This document shows positions 51,347-64,000 of a DNA stretch of 64,000 nucleotides, one piece after another. The notes beneath the pieces are model-generated. The model searched no databases, was not told the DNA's origin, and saw only the letters and a program-made list of their open reading frames with translations. Every line of letters starts with the position of its first letter. Within the stretch, counting starts at the first letter, position 1. The stretch spans positions 108,190,001 to 108,254,000 of the forward strand of contig OX597817.1 in assembly GCA_951406725.2 (NCBI GenBank), read 5' to 3'. The position numbers were made by a program, and so were the translations under genes. Source of the DNA: Octopus vulgaris (taxonomy: Eukaryota).

Positions 51347-52729
51347 TTCTTTTAAGTGCAACAGTACTGGGTCTTGATGAAATAAAATGGATAGAAAATA
51401 TTACAAACATAAATTAGACAGAAAATAAATAATTTTTCCTTTTATTTTGTTACAGGTTTTTTAAAAATATATTTTCAATACTATATTTACTATTTTGTTG
51501 CAAATATCTTGACATACATGCATATTGCTTTATATATATATATATATATAATGAGGGCACATTGTATTGTCTAGTGGTAGGATATTGCACTCACAATCTT
51601 GACATTGTGGTTTGAATTCCTGAAATGAGTGTTATTGTGTTGTGTTCTTCAGCAAAACATTTCATTTCATGTCGTTCCAGGATCACATTGACATCAAGCT
51701 TATGGGACAATGCACTTGTACAGAAAATGTCAATTTGATGGAGCAAATGTACAGACAAACATTTGATTACTATGAACTATAAACAAATTATCGGTGCATG
51801 TTGTTAAGGAAGAAGTTGCGGAGCCCTCATCTGTTATCTATAACAGGAGAAACCATATCTACATATTAGAATTTTAATGGAAGAACAAGCATAACCGAGC
51901 CATCAGAATGAAATCAATTCAGAGAATCCAAACATCACTGGATTATAGTAGTAAATACTGCGATTAATCCTACATGTTTTAAAAAACAATCCATGCATAA
52001 AAAATTTGACAGTATTCTTTTGACTACGTCAGACGTCTTTATAATTTATTAAAACAGAATAAAAAGCTGAATGCTTTTCCTGTTTCCAAGCATTGTAATA
52101 TTTCCCCATGGACAGATATGCTCTTGTAGAATATTGGAAATAAATGACATTTCTTGAATGACTGACAATCATTTTACAACTATTATGTGATGTCAAGTCA
52201 AGGAAACACACACACACACATATATTTATATACATATGATGGACTTCTTTCAGTTTCTATCAAGTTCACTGACAGTCAGCCCAGGGATGTAGGTGAAGTG
52301 AACCTGAAACCATAAGCAAATTTCTTAACCATACATCCAAGCCTGTACCTATATAATAAATATATGTGTGCATGCAGGTTTGTGCATGTGTGTACAAAAA
52401 GAAGAAATTTGCTGCCTCAACAATATCTTGTTCTCCATACATCACAATACTCAGGGTTTATGCTATGAAGAAGATAATCCAGTCTAGCAGCTGCTGCTCT
52501 CAGAGTGATTTCCAAGGTACAACTCATCGATCTATAATCTGATGAGTGCTGTAATATAGTACAGAATTTCAATACAGATCAAAAATAAATTTAATAATTT
52601 CAATACAGATCAAAAATAAATTTAATAATTTAAATTGAAAACTTTTGAACTGACATAACAATTTCTTTACAGAATAACTTCATTCTTTAATAAAAACTGT
52701 ATTTTTGGAGTAATGCATATGTTTTTATG

Positions 52730-52999
52730 CAGTGGTGGACTGGCCAGGTTGCCAGCTTTCCTGATGGCAAGTGGGCCCCTGTGCCATTAGAATCCTTATA
52801 TGGGGGCTCATCCCCTCAAGTTTGTGAATTTTTTATTCACTTCTGAAAGAATGCATTAATTATTTCAGCCTGGCTGTGTTTGTAGAGAGTTGAAAAGAAT
52901 ACTTTTAACAACAAAAAAAATTAAATGATAGCACTTTAGTTGCAGGTAGGCTCCCTTAGTCTCCTGGCAACCAATATTTTTAGACCCAGTGCACCACTG
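52730..52999. mobile_element. hAT-type MITE
   Basis: TIR cagtggtggactgg / ccagtgcaccactg; flanks tttttatg/gttttatg. Confidence 0.75.
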
Positions 53000-53986
53000 G
53001 TTTTATGTATTTTAAAACCATCACAGGCATCTTGCAAAGACCTTACAGGATTAAGTTGTATTTATGCAATACAATATCATGGAAGTTGCTTCACAATAAT
53101 GAAGCTGTTGACGGAGTGTTACTGCATGGAAAGTTCCATGAGGGATAAGAAAAAATTTTTCACTTTTTACTTGATTCTTAAGATTCACCTTTACTCCAAT
53201 CTTATAATGACTCCAGCAGATTGTTATTATATATTGGTGATAAAACAGGATATACAGGATGTAACTGATATCCATTTTGGTTTGCAACATCTAAATTAAT
53301 AATTTAGATGTTGCAAAGGGTAAATTGCAGCCTATGGGACTTTCTAAATGGCACATCTAATAAAAATTGCTTTGAATTTTTAGAACAGTGTGACCCATCT
53401 GATGATGAGCCAGCCATGTCTCATGTGGCCACTTCTCAAAAACGGTTGCTCATGCCTGGTCTATGTTGTGCAAAAATTACCATCAACTGATCTTATTGGA
53501 GATATCTCCTTTGCTTTTTTTCAAGTTTTTTTAAAATTCACCCTACTACGGTTTTTAAAAAAATTTTAAATCTAAATTTTTTGGATAATCTCAGTTGATT
53601 GAAAAATTTCCCCTCACTTATATCGATTGTAGTAAGTTATGCGGAAATAAACTCGAAAGAGGTGCAGCGAGTAGACTGAATCTTTACTTTGTAGTTTTTT
53701 CAGTGAGAAGTCATTAACAAAGTTTTCACAAATTACAAATTTAGATCATTGAAGGAAATTACATAAATTGTGGAAAAAAACAAAACAAAGAGACAATACA
53801 CTGTTCGTGTTCTTTTAGTCTTGCACAAACACAGTTGAAGGGTTACTGCAAAACAAAAAATTTAGGCAATGCAAAGTATCCCAGTTGCTATTTTTCAGAG
53901 TTCCATGAAGGATTTTGTCGTTTATACAACAAAAATCTGCTGGAGTTGGTACTAGACTGGACCAAACAATACTATCATTGCTATAT

Positions 53987-54861
53987 ATCAGTTTGGTAAG
54001 AAAGTTCTTGGACACTTAACATATCACTTTATTAACAATTAAAAAAACAGCAAAGGTAATCACCCTTGTTATCGATCACCTTTGCCATCTTTCAGGCAAA
54101 GTTTTGAATCCTTTCATCCAGAAATTGCATGGCTTTGAATCAATAAATTCATAAAGGAACAATTTCACATCTTCGTCGTTTTCGAACTCTGTATCACTAA
54201 TTGCGCATTGCAAGGCAGATAATAAGTGGTAGTCAGAAGGGGCACAGTCAGGAGAATACGGTGGATGCACCATAATCTCCCAGCCTGCCTCCTTCAACTT
54301 CTCTGAAGTCTTCTTTGCACGGTGTGCTGGCACATTGTCTTGGTGGTAAATTATCTTCTTCAAATTTGAGCATTTTTCGGCCAGCGTGATCTTTAGACGA
54401 TCGATTTATTCGCAGTAGGCATCCTTGTCAACTGTGGTATTGCGTGGGAGTAGATCCAACATGATCACACCACGCCAATCCTACCAAACTGAGATCATAA
54501 CCTTCTTTTGCACAAGCGGTCCTTTTGGCGAAGGTTTTGGCTGTTGACCTTTGCTACACCAGGATCGTCTGTGCCTCACGTTGGAGTACCGTACCAAATT
54601 TTCATCCATGTGATTACTGACTCCAACCAATCGAATCTTCGGCTTCGCAAGAGCAGACTTTGACATGCAGTGACACGTGCTTGTTGTTTGTTCGCTTCAG
54701 TTAATTCAGGTGGCACCTATTTTCCAAGCTTGCTGACCTTGCCGAAACGATGCAGGTGGTTGATGACCGTGACATGGGAGATGCCAAACTGTACCGAAAG
54801 TTGACGTGCAGTTTGCATTGGATCCGCAACAATGACTTGTCCAAGAACTTTCTTACCAAAG

Positions 54862-54865
<4 letters not shown>
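53987..54865 (-). mobile_element. mariner element with 5' deletion and both TIRs
   Basis: TIRs tttggtaagaaagttcttggaca; KVMISVW, IIYHQDNVPAH, HPPYSPDCAPSDYHL. Confidence 0.9.
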
Positions 54866-54910
<45 letters not shown>

Positions 54911-55647
54911 TATACACACACACACGTTTTTTTTTTTATACAATTACATTTACACAGTTAAAATGCGAAGAAAGCTGTTAAATGTACAGGCATACCTACA
55001 CAATTGTACCCCTCTCTCGAGTTTATTTCCGCATAACTTACTGTAAAATGAATATTTTTTTAATGAGTCTTTCAGAGGATATTGTTTCCAATTATATTGA
55101 AATTTCATGTGGAAAAAGGGAAAAATGATGGGCGTGCGTATATCACAGAGATATCTACAAAATGAAACTTGAAATTTTAAAAAAATTCTGATTAAATTCT
55201 GATATAATTGTAATCCACACCATCTGAAAGGTATTTCGAGAAAATGTTCATTCAAAAAATAACCATTTTCTGAAAGTTATGAGAAAGCATATTCTAGAGG
55301 TTGGAGGAGGGGGAAACTCGTATAGACATGCCAAAATATATGCTTGAAGAATTGTTTCGTTAACGAATTTCATGACGTTCATGGCTGAATTGTTCCGTCA
55401 GTCTGGTCATTCTTTGTATGTTTTTGTCCTGAGAAAGGTTATCCTTCCTAAACCATGTCAATGAAATGTCCTTCTAAGGAGACCACATTGTTTATTTTCA
55501 TTTTCGATGTCGCTTCTATACGTTTGACAATTGAAAATTTAAAAAAGTTAATGCAAATATCAATTCACACACATAAAAAGCATAATTAAGGTATTTATCT
55601 TGATACAAGAAAACAATTTTTAGAAACGTTTGAATCAGTAGACTTAC

Positions 55648-55800
55648 TAGAAACGTAAATAGTGTCCTCTTTAATGTAAACGTTCGGATACAACTGGCAT
55701 GTCGACTGTGACACAAATGAAAGAGATCACCATCAAGGTAGGTAACTCCTATTTTAGTAGCATTTGTCTTCTTTTCACTACATATTTCGCGCGCTCTCTG
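55648..55800 (-). promoter_or_regulatory. Candidate SNUPN non-coding first exon / promoter
   Basis: Minus-strand donor CTA|GTAAGT at 55647; CpG-retaining unique-looking sequence; E2F-like TTTCGCGC at 55785-55792. Coding exon 1 has an upstream acceptor that needs a donor. Confidence 0.3.
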
Positions 55801-56589
55801 TTGTGTCTGTACACATAAAATGCGCAAAAACCTATTTTGTAAATATTTCATATACTGACTCTATTTTCTGTTACTGACTCTATTTTCGTGTTTATATATA
55901 TACATTTATCTTATTTACTTTTGTCACTTGACGTGTGTTTTACCTAACTCGGTTTTACCTAAAAGTTGTTTACTTTTAAGTGGATAAAAGAATAAATGAG
56001 TGAGAAAGAGAGAGAGAGAAATAGAGAAAGATATTATTAGTGAAATGTTTGCCACAGTTCCCGTATGCTCAAACTGAACCGTCTACTTTTTTGCTTCCTG
56101 TATGATGGACGTGTTCCATTGACCACTGGGTCTGGCTCTCTCCGGAAGGCGGGCTTGGCATGCTGTGGCTGTTGGTAGCCAAACTTGCGCTGAAGCTGCT
56201 TCGCCTGTATATTATCCTAGACGCTTAGTGTGTTCTCCGTTTGTAAAATGCCTTTCCGCAGCTCGTCTCTTGACGGAGCTGTAGTTCTCAATCAAGTAGG
56301 GATTAAGATTTTGGCTCCAGGCATCTAGAATGCCAAGCGCACACTGCTCTTTTCCAGTCGAGCAATGCGGTGGGTGGAAGTTCTATGATAGCAATATATA
56401 AACATCTTGTGGTGGATAAGAGAAAACTCAAGGTATCGACGAGGACGAATTAACTGGTCAGTTTCGGAAGACATTCGACCCGGAGACTACCATAGATAAC
56501 TTCCAGAAAACTCTGGCCAAGTAGGGCTATCGAAGACCTCTGCCAGTTCGAGATAAACTTTACTGGCACGGAAATTCTGCCTGACTCAT

Positions 56590-56760
56590 GAGTACACAAA
56601 CTTGGGAAGTATGACAAATATGGCCTTAAAGAAATACACGGAGAAACTTACTCAAGAAGTGGAAAAGAAAATATCTGATGAATTTCCGAGTAAATTCTCA
56701 TTGGTAATCGACGGTTGGTCTAGGGGTTCGACGCATTTCATTGGACTTTCCGCATATTTA
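56590..56760 (+). mobile_element. hAT-like transposase fragment
   Basis: EVEKKISDEFPSKFSLVIDGWS..STHFIG (first catalytic Asp, DGWS); a hAT-type end ggccggccctg lies at about 57221-57231. Confidence 0.6.
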
Positions 56761-57497
56761 GAAAAAAAAAGAAAAAAATTCTTAAAAAAAATTTTACAAA
56801 AATTTTTGGAAATTTTTTTCAGAATCATAATCTCCGTATTTTTCCGCATATTAAAAAAAAAATTGTGAAAAAAGTTTTAAAAGAAGGAAAAGGGGGTGGG
56901 GTGGTGATTTAGAAATGCCGATGTTTGCCAGTTTTTTTTTTTTGCAGATTCGTATTCCCCGTAGCCGAAGGGGGCGGGGGGAGTTGTGTCGAAAAAAAAA
57001 TGTTTTAAAAAGGGTGAGGTTTTTTTTGGGGGGGAGGGGGGCCGAAGTCTTGCCCAATTGACAATTAATTGTAATAATTGATTGGCCTGTATCCCAATTA
57101 TTTACAGCCCTTGGTCATTACACTATATACATATACAGCGCCAAAGACAAGGAAATTTTTTCACGGTCATCAACTTCTACACGCCGAAGTTCAGCTTGCC
57201 GGAGGCGCCAGCAACCCTAAGGCCGGCCCTGGGCATATATGAGTTCAACTGTTGACGGTTCATTTCTTTCATCAACTAAAATAAAATATAAGTATAAGCA
57301 ATGACATAATACAATGAGATTCCTGTTTATATTTCCAACCATAAATCTGCAATTCAACTGAAATTATACCTATCAACAAGTGTTGAGTATCGCTTGTCCT
57401 AACTGGCTTCAACCAATTGATTTGATTGTTTTTCTCAGTTGTACAATAAATGGAAAAGCTTTCTTTGTTATCCACATTTGGCATCATGTATCTAGGT

Positions 57498-57694
57498 CAG
57501 TGGTTTTCAACCAGGGTTCCGCCAGTACAGTGTAGGGGTTCCGAAGTTACAAAACTGCTAAAATCGGCAGTAATTTTTAAGTCTCCTGTGCAGATATGTG
57601 TGCATAAGACTATTAAATTATTGCACAGGGGTTCCTCGAGCCAGTGGAATGTTTCCTTGGGGTTCCGCTCCAGCAAAAAGTTTGAAAAGCACTG
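57498..57694. mobile_element. hAT MITE
   Basis: TIR cagtggttttcaa / ttgaaaagcactg; perfect 8-bp TSD atctaggt. Confidence 0.88.
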
Positions 57695-59719
57695 ATCTAG
57701 GTCCTCATTACGCGAAAATATATCAACTACCCCATACATGTTTATAAAATGTTGATATATTTCCTAAGTTTGTTGTCTATTTCATCTTTCATACACAGCA
57801 AAGATTGTCGGTAAAACTATTGGAGGTTATTGATAATTATTACACTAGACTTATCAAACTGTTGGTTCTTCTAGATAAGACTGAAACATTGTTTTATCAT
57901 TAACCTTGTACCGTTCGGTAATTCTTCTATTGTAAACGTTTCTTTTAAAATCTTTGATTCATTGCCAAATTGTGGTTACTTGACTGTCTTTAAACCGAAA
58001 AGAATCAGCAACTGCTCTTCTTAGTATACATCAGTGTAGTTAAGAAATATAAGCATATTATTTTCAAACTAGAAATATAATCGAATTCTTTGCGTTCCCT
58101 GACAACATTAGGATAATCTGTACCAAAATCTTATAATGAACTTCATGGTTGCTCAAGTCAACAAAATTTCAGAAAGATATTTCAAAGATATTAGCATGTT
58201 GCAGTACAATCCTAAATAGTAATTACAGTTTATTAGGCAGAATGCCAATTCAGATGTTCAGTAACCAAATGTTACTAACGAAAAAGAGCTTCTTTTACGG
58301 CAGCTCTCATCTGTCTTGTCACATAAGGCAAAACAGAAAAGAAAAAAAAAAACGATAATGTTTTGTAAGAGTTATTTGAATATTCGTCAGTAACAAGATA
58401 ATATCCCTTTAAAAGACGAAATTCAACATAGATTTCTAATCACGGTCAATCACATCCTTCATAATAATTCTGCGTGCCAATGCAATAACACTGGGAAGCT
58501 ATACATTCTTTTACTTCGAATCAAAAATAGAAAAAAAAAAGTTTCATGGCTAATTACTCTTGTCAGTTACATCATTTATTCATCTTCCAGGCCTTGTACT
58601 AGACACTTAGCTCAACTCTTCTTCTCAACTGAATCGCTCTAAGTTTCCATTTTCACTCACCTTTTCCGTTCAGTCTCGAATCTTCAATAATTCAAGCTAA
58701 ATATTTATTACACTGACCCCCTTTACTATGCAAGAACTTAAGAAGTTTGCTATTTATGCTGCTACTTCCTAGAACGACAAATAAAACTGGAGCAGTATAA
58801 GCAATTTGGTTAATTAATTTTGTACCTTTCAGTATTCTAAACTTTTCATAGTTTCTATTTTCGTATTGCTGCTTAACAACATTTAAAAAATTATTCCAAG
58901 TAGCATTTCTCTGATATTAGTTCTGAGGAAAACGTTCCAATGGATAGGATGATAATGAACCGCTTATTAGTCAGTGATGCATTTCCACAAGAAAGATGGT
59001 GAATATCGGATGCCTTTAACCTAGCCTATCAAGCTGAAATTAGATGAGATACAGAGCAGTACAAAGTTACATCATTGATCTGAATGTCTAATTAAATGAG
59101 ATGTAATTCATTAAATGACGGATATAAGAGCGTATTTTATCCAAGGAAACTTCAATCCTATTATATTATGTTGAATAATACCGTTGGAACCAGATCTATG
59201 TACATGAAGAATTATGCTTTTAGTGCCCTTCTAAAAAAAACTCCTCATGCTGAAATAATTTATTTCATGAGCAACCAAACTCAACTCTTCCGTCACAAAT
59301 GATATCGTCACTGATCATCTTGATAGAATTCAGTGAACCAAATAGAAAAAATACAGTATTTTAAAATCGCATCAGTGAGGATAGGTTCCCTTTTATCATT
59401 AAGTATTGCATGTGTCGTTCATCTCAAATCTCATGTACATACATTATTATAAAAAGTTTATTCTTTTTCGAATCCTAAAGACGCTGCTATTTATCTAAAG
59501 TTTTTTTCAGTGTCAAGCGGATGAGAGATAACTAAACCCTTGAATAGGATGATGGTGTGCTGTAGGGGGCTAAATTTTTTCTCTCCCAGAGTTGTTGGGA
59601 ACGGCAAGCTAAAAATCCGTCCCCATTGAGAAAATCTATGACCAAAAGCTTTTCAGCCGTGACCATCTCATCTTTTTTGCATACCTAATACTACATTGTC
59701 AAATGTATTTTTCTACTTT

Positions 59720-61050
59720 CTGGATCTAGGGGAAGGTAAAGAACCGTTAACCTTCATAGGCCATAGTCACTACCTTTTCTGCTTGAACTGTTGCAAGTCG
59801 ACACCAGCAGGGAAGACAAAGGCAAGGAAGGATTCCAAAGAGACAACGTTCTGAGGTCAAATGAAGAAACAGTGTGGTTAGTGCAGGGCATGTGAAGTTG
59901 GACACAATACGGGTGACAGAAGACAAATGAGTCGGGAGTACCTAAGTGGAGGTGGAATGAGATTATCTCTAAGGTGCAGAAGCCATTACAGTACCGGAAG
60001 TATAAGCAGTCAGGAGACAGAGCGTCTGTAATCCCGAGGTTGAGGCGTGACTTTTTACCTTTCTTTGGAAGCAGTCATAAGATACCTGTATGTGTAGCAG
60101 AACCACCGACACAAATGTCCTCCACTGTGGGTCTCGCCCGAGCTTCGTAAAGTTTCAATAATTTCTGCCCTCGGTGAGAAGAGTCAAAGCGATAGGAAGT
60201 AGTCGGAACGATGTTGAGCGTGTGTTTTCGCCTCGAGAGACAGTGACACCTAACATTAGAAAGCGATTGTGAAGGCTCGAGGTACATGCTGTTAATATTT
60301 TGAGAATGTGTGGCGCCATGATGTTTTAATTGATATGAGAAGCATTTAGTGTTTCTTGGATGTTGAAAGAAATAAAATTAGCATGTTTCCTTCTACGGAT
60401 ACTTCCAAGGTTCCTGTTTATATTATCAGTGCAGGCTTGGCATGTGACATCTTGATTGCGCATGGATGGTGTATGGCTAGAGTAGATTAGAAGGGAATGA
60501 AGAGTGATATCATCTGTGTGAGGATGAACGTTGTTGAACACGACAGTAGAAAGGTTGTTGACAAAGCGAGGGACAGAAAATGTCTGTTAATAAACGCCGT
60601 GAAAGCGCGATTTGCGATTCCAATAAAAGCCTCCATTCTAAGAGAAGAAAGACGACTGAGGATATTGGCATGTCGAACATGGCCGAAAGTTTTGCTGATA
60701 TTGAAGATGACATCGTAGATTTCGCCGAATTTCTTTAAGGTGTAACAGCAGCAACGATAACCGGTATAGCTCCCGTAAAAATCCAGAGGACCAGGTTTTT
60801 ACGGGAGCTGTACCGATTACTGTTAAGGGGGAGAGAGAGAGAGAGAATATTGTTGTTGGTTGGATCTAATGGGTTACCTTTCTTGAGAATGGGGCATATA
60901 GTAGTGCTTTTTAAAATCAAAGTATATCTTTGTAGAGCGGAGAGGTTGAAAAGCTTGCTGAGTAAAAGGTCTAACTTCTTAATGCCATGCTGGAGAAAGA
61001 CTGAACGTATATTGTTAGGGCTAGTGATCTTGTTGATTATTAAAGATAAT
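59720..61050 (-). mobile_element. Degenerate Jockey/CR1-group LINE ORF2 (RT) remnant
   Basis: LLSKLFNLS...ICPILKKGNPLDPTN, FNISKTF, HTDDITLH (YADD equivalent), C-terminal RTLSLWN. Confidence 0.7.
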
Positions 61051-63023
61051 AGAGTACAGTTGGTGCACTTTATTGTGCAGTCTGTCCCTAATCCTAATCT
61101 GAACCCAAACCTTAAACACAATTTTAAACAAAATGAGGTCATTTCACAGTGTTGACTACAGATACGCTAAAGTAGCAATGCACAGTCAAAGAGATTTGAT
61201 CGTGCTACCGAATAGAAAAGCTGGTTGTTGTTGGCAGTTGTGAAAATAATGCCAGCTGTCATATAAATAATACTTGGCTGTCATATAAACTTTATTTACC
61301 GACAGGTGATGAAAATGAAATCTGAGTAAACAATCAATCCAATGATTAGAACCTACAATGCCCAGCTCGTTTCTATAAAAGCATACGAACATTTTAAAAA
61401 CTATGGTAAATACATGTACGAGAGGTTAAGTCCAGCAAATCTACTTACATTTTATCTCCAATATTCCTTACAAGAACATTTTTCTTTCTACAGAAGCGCT
61501 CTATCGTCTTTAATAACTATCAAGATCACTAATCCTGAAAATACTCCTTCAATTTTTCTCTAATTCCCTAAGCATGTATTTATGACATTGTGTCTTTGTA
61601 ATATTTTAGGTTTTACATTGATTACTTTTAGATAAGATGTTTGTACATCACGCAATTGACTTTTGAATACATTTCAAAAGTCCTTCTTGCGTCATTTTTT
61701 CTTTCTTTCAATAATACCCAAAATAATGTGTAGGAATGTATAGCTTCGGTTTTTATTGTTGGGTTTATGTAGTGATAGTGGTACAACAGTAGCTCAATTT
61801 GAGGTTGTGTCTGTCAAAAAAATTACCTATATTTATGATTGATAGAGAAATGTTTAAAGTTGAGTTTTCGCAACAATTCCTATCTACGTTACTTGAACAC
61901 ACTTATACCAAGTGCCATATATATTTTTAATATTGTTTATCAAATGTGACACACACACGCACACAGGGTTTCCTCCAGTTTTCTACTCTCTGCCCAGGAT
62001 GTCGCAGAGTTGGATCGAACTGGGTACCAAGAACTTGCGATGCGAAATCCTTAACAGCAATGCCTTGTCTGTGCCCAAAGATTTAAGTTTATAAGTTTTT
62101 TCATAAGAACAATAAGTCTGCTACATGAACTACTGATATACGATGTATTGTCCCCTCTGAGTTGGTCCTTGTGAGCAATAAAGAAATTGAACTACTGATA
62201 TATATTTCTAAGACGAAGCAAAAATTACGCTTTTTCTTCTAGCTTTAGATGGTGCGCTTCGAATATGGACACTGCTCAAGGGCTTATAAGAGGCTAGTAG
62301 TTTGCCTGGTTTTTAATTAGAGAAAGGCAAAGTTGACCCGAGTGTCGAAGGACCTAACTGCGGCGGAGCACAATTCAAGGTACAGCACACCGATCTGTCC
62401 ATGTCACACTGACACAAACATACTTGTGTATGTTGTCTCGTCATTGGTTACTCATAATCCAGCACAACTATGCTCAAAGATATTCCATCTGTGGCCATCT
62501 AGTCTTTTTTTGACAATGAATAACACTTTTCAGTGTGTAATTTATTTTTCAACAACAGTAGAGTTTATTTTGAGAGGGATTTAATTGCTAACTTCTAGCC
62601 TGTCGAGCGACTGCATAGAAGATCAATCGTTGATATACCATCGTACATGTAATCTATATACATGCTTTCAGTATTTGACAAGTGCTTTATTTGTTTCCAC
62701 TCTGGATAAACCCCAAATAGAGCTTAACTGAATTTAGGTCAGGCTTTGGCAATTTTTCCGAGAAGTGGGTCGTATGAGATATGGTCAGCATCACGCAGGT
62801 CGCACTATTAAAGTCAGAACTTTTCGTATGACGTCCCACAAGCTGCATGCGGCCAGCGGTTTGTCCAATATTGAACAAAGAGATATTATAAAATGCTACC
62901 AGAGAAAAAAGTTGTTAAAAGAAGTATAAGAGGACTTTAACGGCGGAAATTCAAAAGATGCCCCCCTCCCAATAAAAATACTTCCGCTTACATGAATAAA
63001 AATTTTAAACTTGGCTAAAATTT

Positions 63024-63438
63024 GGATCTTTTCGGTTTGAACGGCAGTTTTTAACATATTTTTCTAGGTAACTAAAAAATTTTAAACTTCGTATACTGGT
63101 AGAATGTGTTTATAAAACATCTTTTTCTCTTGGCTTTATTGAGAAAATTCTATAGTTTGTAAGATATTTGTTGTTTCTTTTCTTCAATTTCTGCAATTTC
63201 AACCAATGAAATACGTCTATTGAGGTAAAAAAACATTCTGTGCCGTATGAATATGTCCCTCGTTTAAGAAACAGATTGGGTTTATTTACATTTGTGAAGA
63301 AAAAAAAAGATACCCTTCCCCCCACCCCTAACCGTAAAAAATATTGAAATGCAATAGATCGATACTAGGGTCATAATTATGGGTGACAATTTCATATGAC
63401 ACCGCTAGAAAAAACTGCCGTTCAAACCGAAAAGATCC
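63024..63438 (-). mobile_element. Merlin-like MITE copy
   Basis: Same TIRs; TSD taaaattt/caaaattt. Confidence 0.8.
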
Positions 63439-64000
63439 CAAAATTTTACCGGTAATAGGAAACTTTTGCTGTGATCAGTTCATGATCCTCTTCAAGATAA
63501 ACATTGCAAATCTCTTATATATGTGGGATGGCGCTACAAGCATACATCCCAATGCCCATCGCATCTAAAAGGTCATTAATCTAACTGTAAAGACACGTTT
63601 ACGAATTGACAGCAGATGTTATTTCTCTTCCTAGTCGCTTCAACCGTTACTATAAGAGGTTCTGCTCCTAATCTAATGGTATGCAAGCTGTGTATCGTCT
63701 CTCACCTGGTGAATCTAACTGTCTATCATCTTTTGCCATTTCTTCAAGATTCTCCACCACAGATCCTGCTCTAAACACTTACTTCCCCCAAATCCTCAGT
63801 GCTACAACTCAATGAAAATCTCTTCCAGCCCCGTTTTTAAAATTTTTATTTTACTCAAAATGAACTTCAAACGCATCAGTTTGACATGTGAACGTTGCTC
63901 TTTCTCATTCAACAAATAATAAAAAAAGGTAAAAAGAGTAACGAAAAAGCCAGAGACACTAAAGCTTTGAAATTCATTAACTTAGAATAATTTACTAGTT

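Noticed and set aside
52535-52630. CTGATGA with a stem-II-like hairpin and an adjacent tandem duplication of about 31 bp
   Set aside because: No GAAA in register and no stem I or III; the duplication is a simple local slip.

Overview
AT-rich, microsatellite- and transposon-dense eukaryotic DNA, most likely an Octopus genome (inferred from recalled SINE/MITE families, not from a search). One protein-coding gene is well supported: snurportin-1 (SNUPN) on the minus strand, with 8 coding exons between 51346 and 36247. All junctions are GT-AG and in phase, giving about 400 aa with an unusual Lys10 tract in the C-terminal tail. The rest is repeat-derived: tRNA- and 5S-headed SINEs, RTE-type non-autonomous retroelements carrying a 28S-rRNA-like segment, Penelope, Gypsy, CR1/Jockey-type and RLE-type LINE remnants, an LTR with a tRNA-Leu PBS, and Tc1/mariner, pogo, hAT, piggyBac and Merlin-like elements. 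The most striking structure is a 404-bp near-perfect palindrome (7604-8007) carrying a minimal hammerhead ribozyme on each strand. Several other hammerhead motifs and a 5S-headed SINE about 20 nt behind the SNUPN stop codon also stand out. Coordinates were counted by hand; repeat boundaries are approximate unless a TSD/TIR is quoted.
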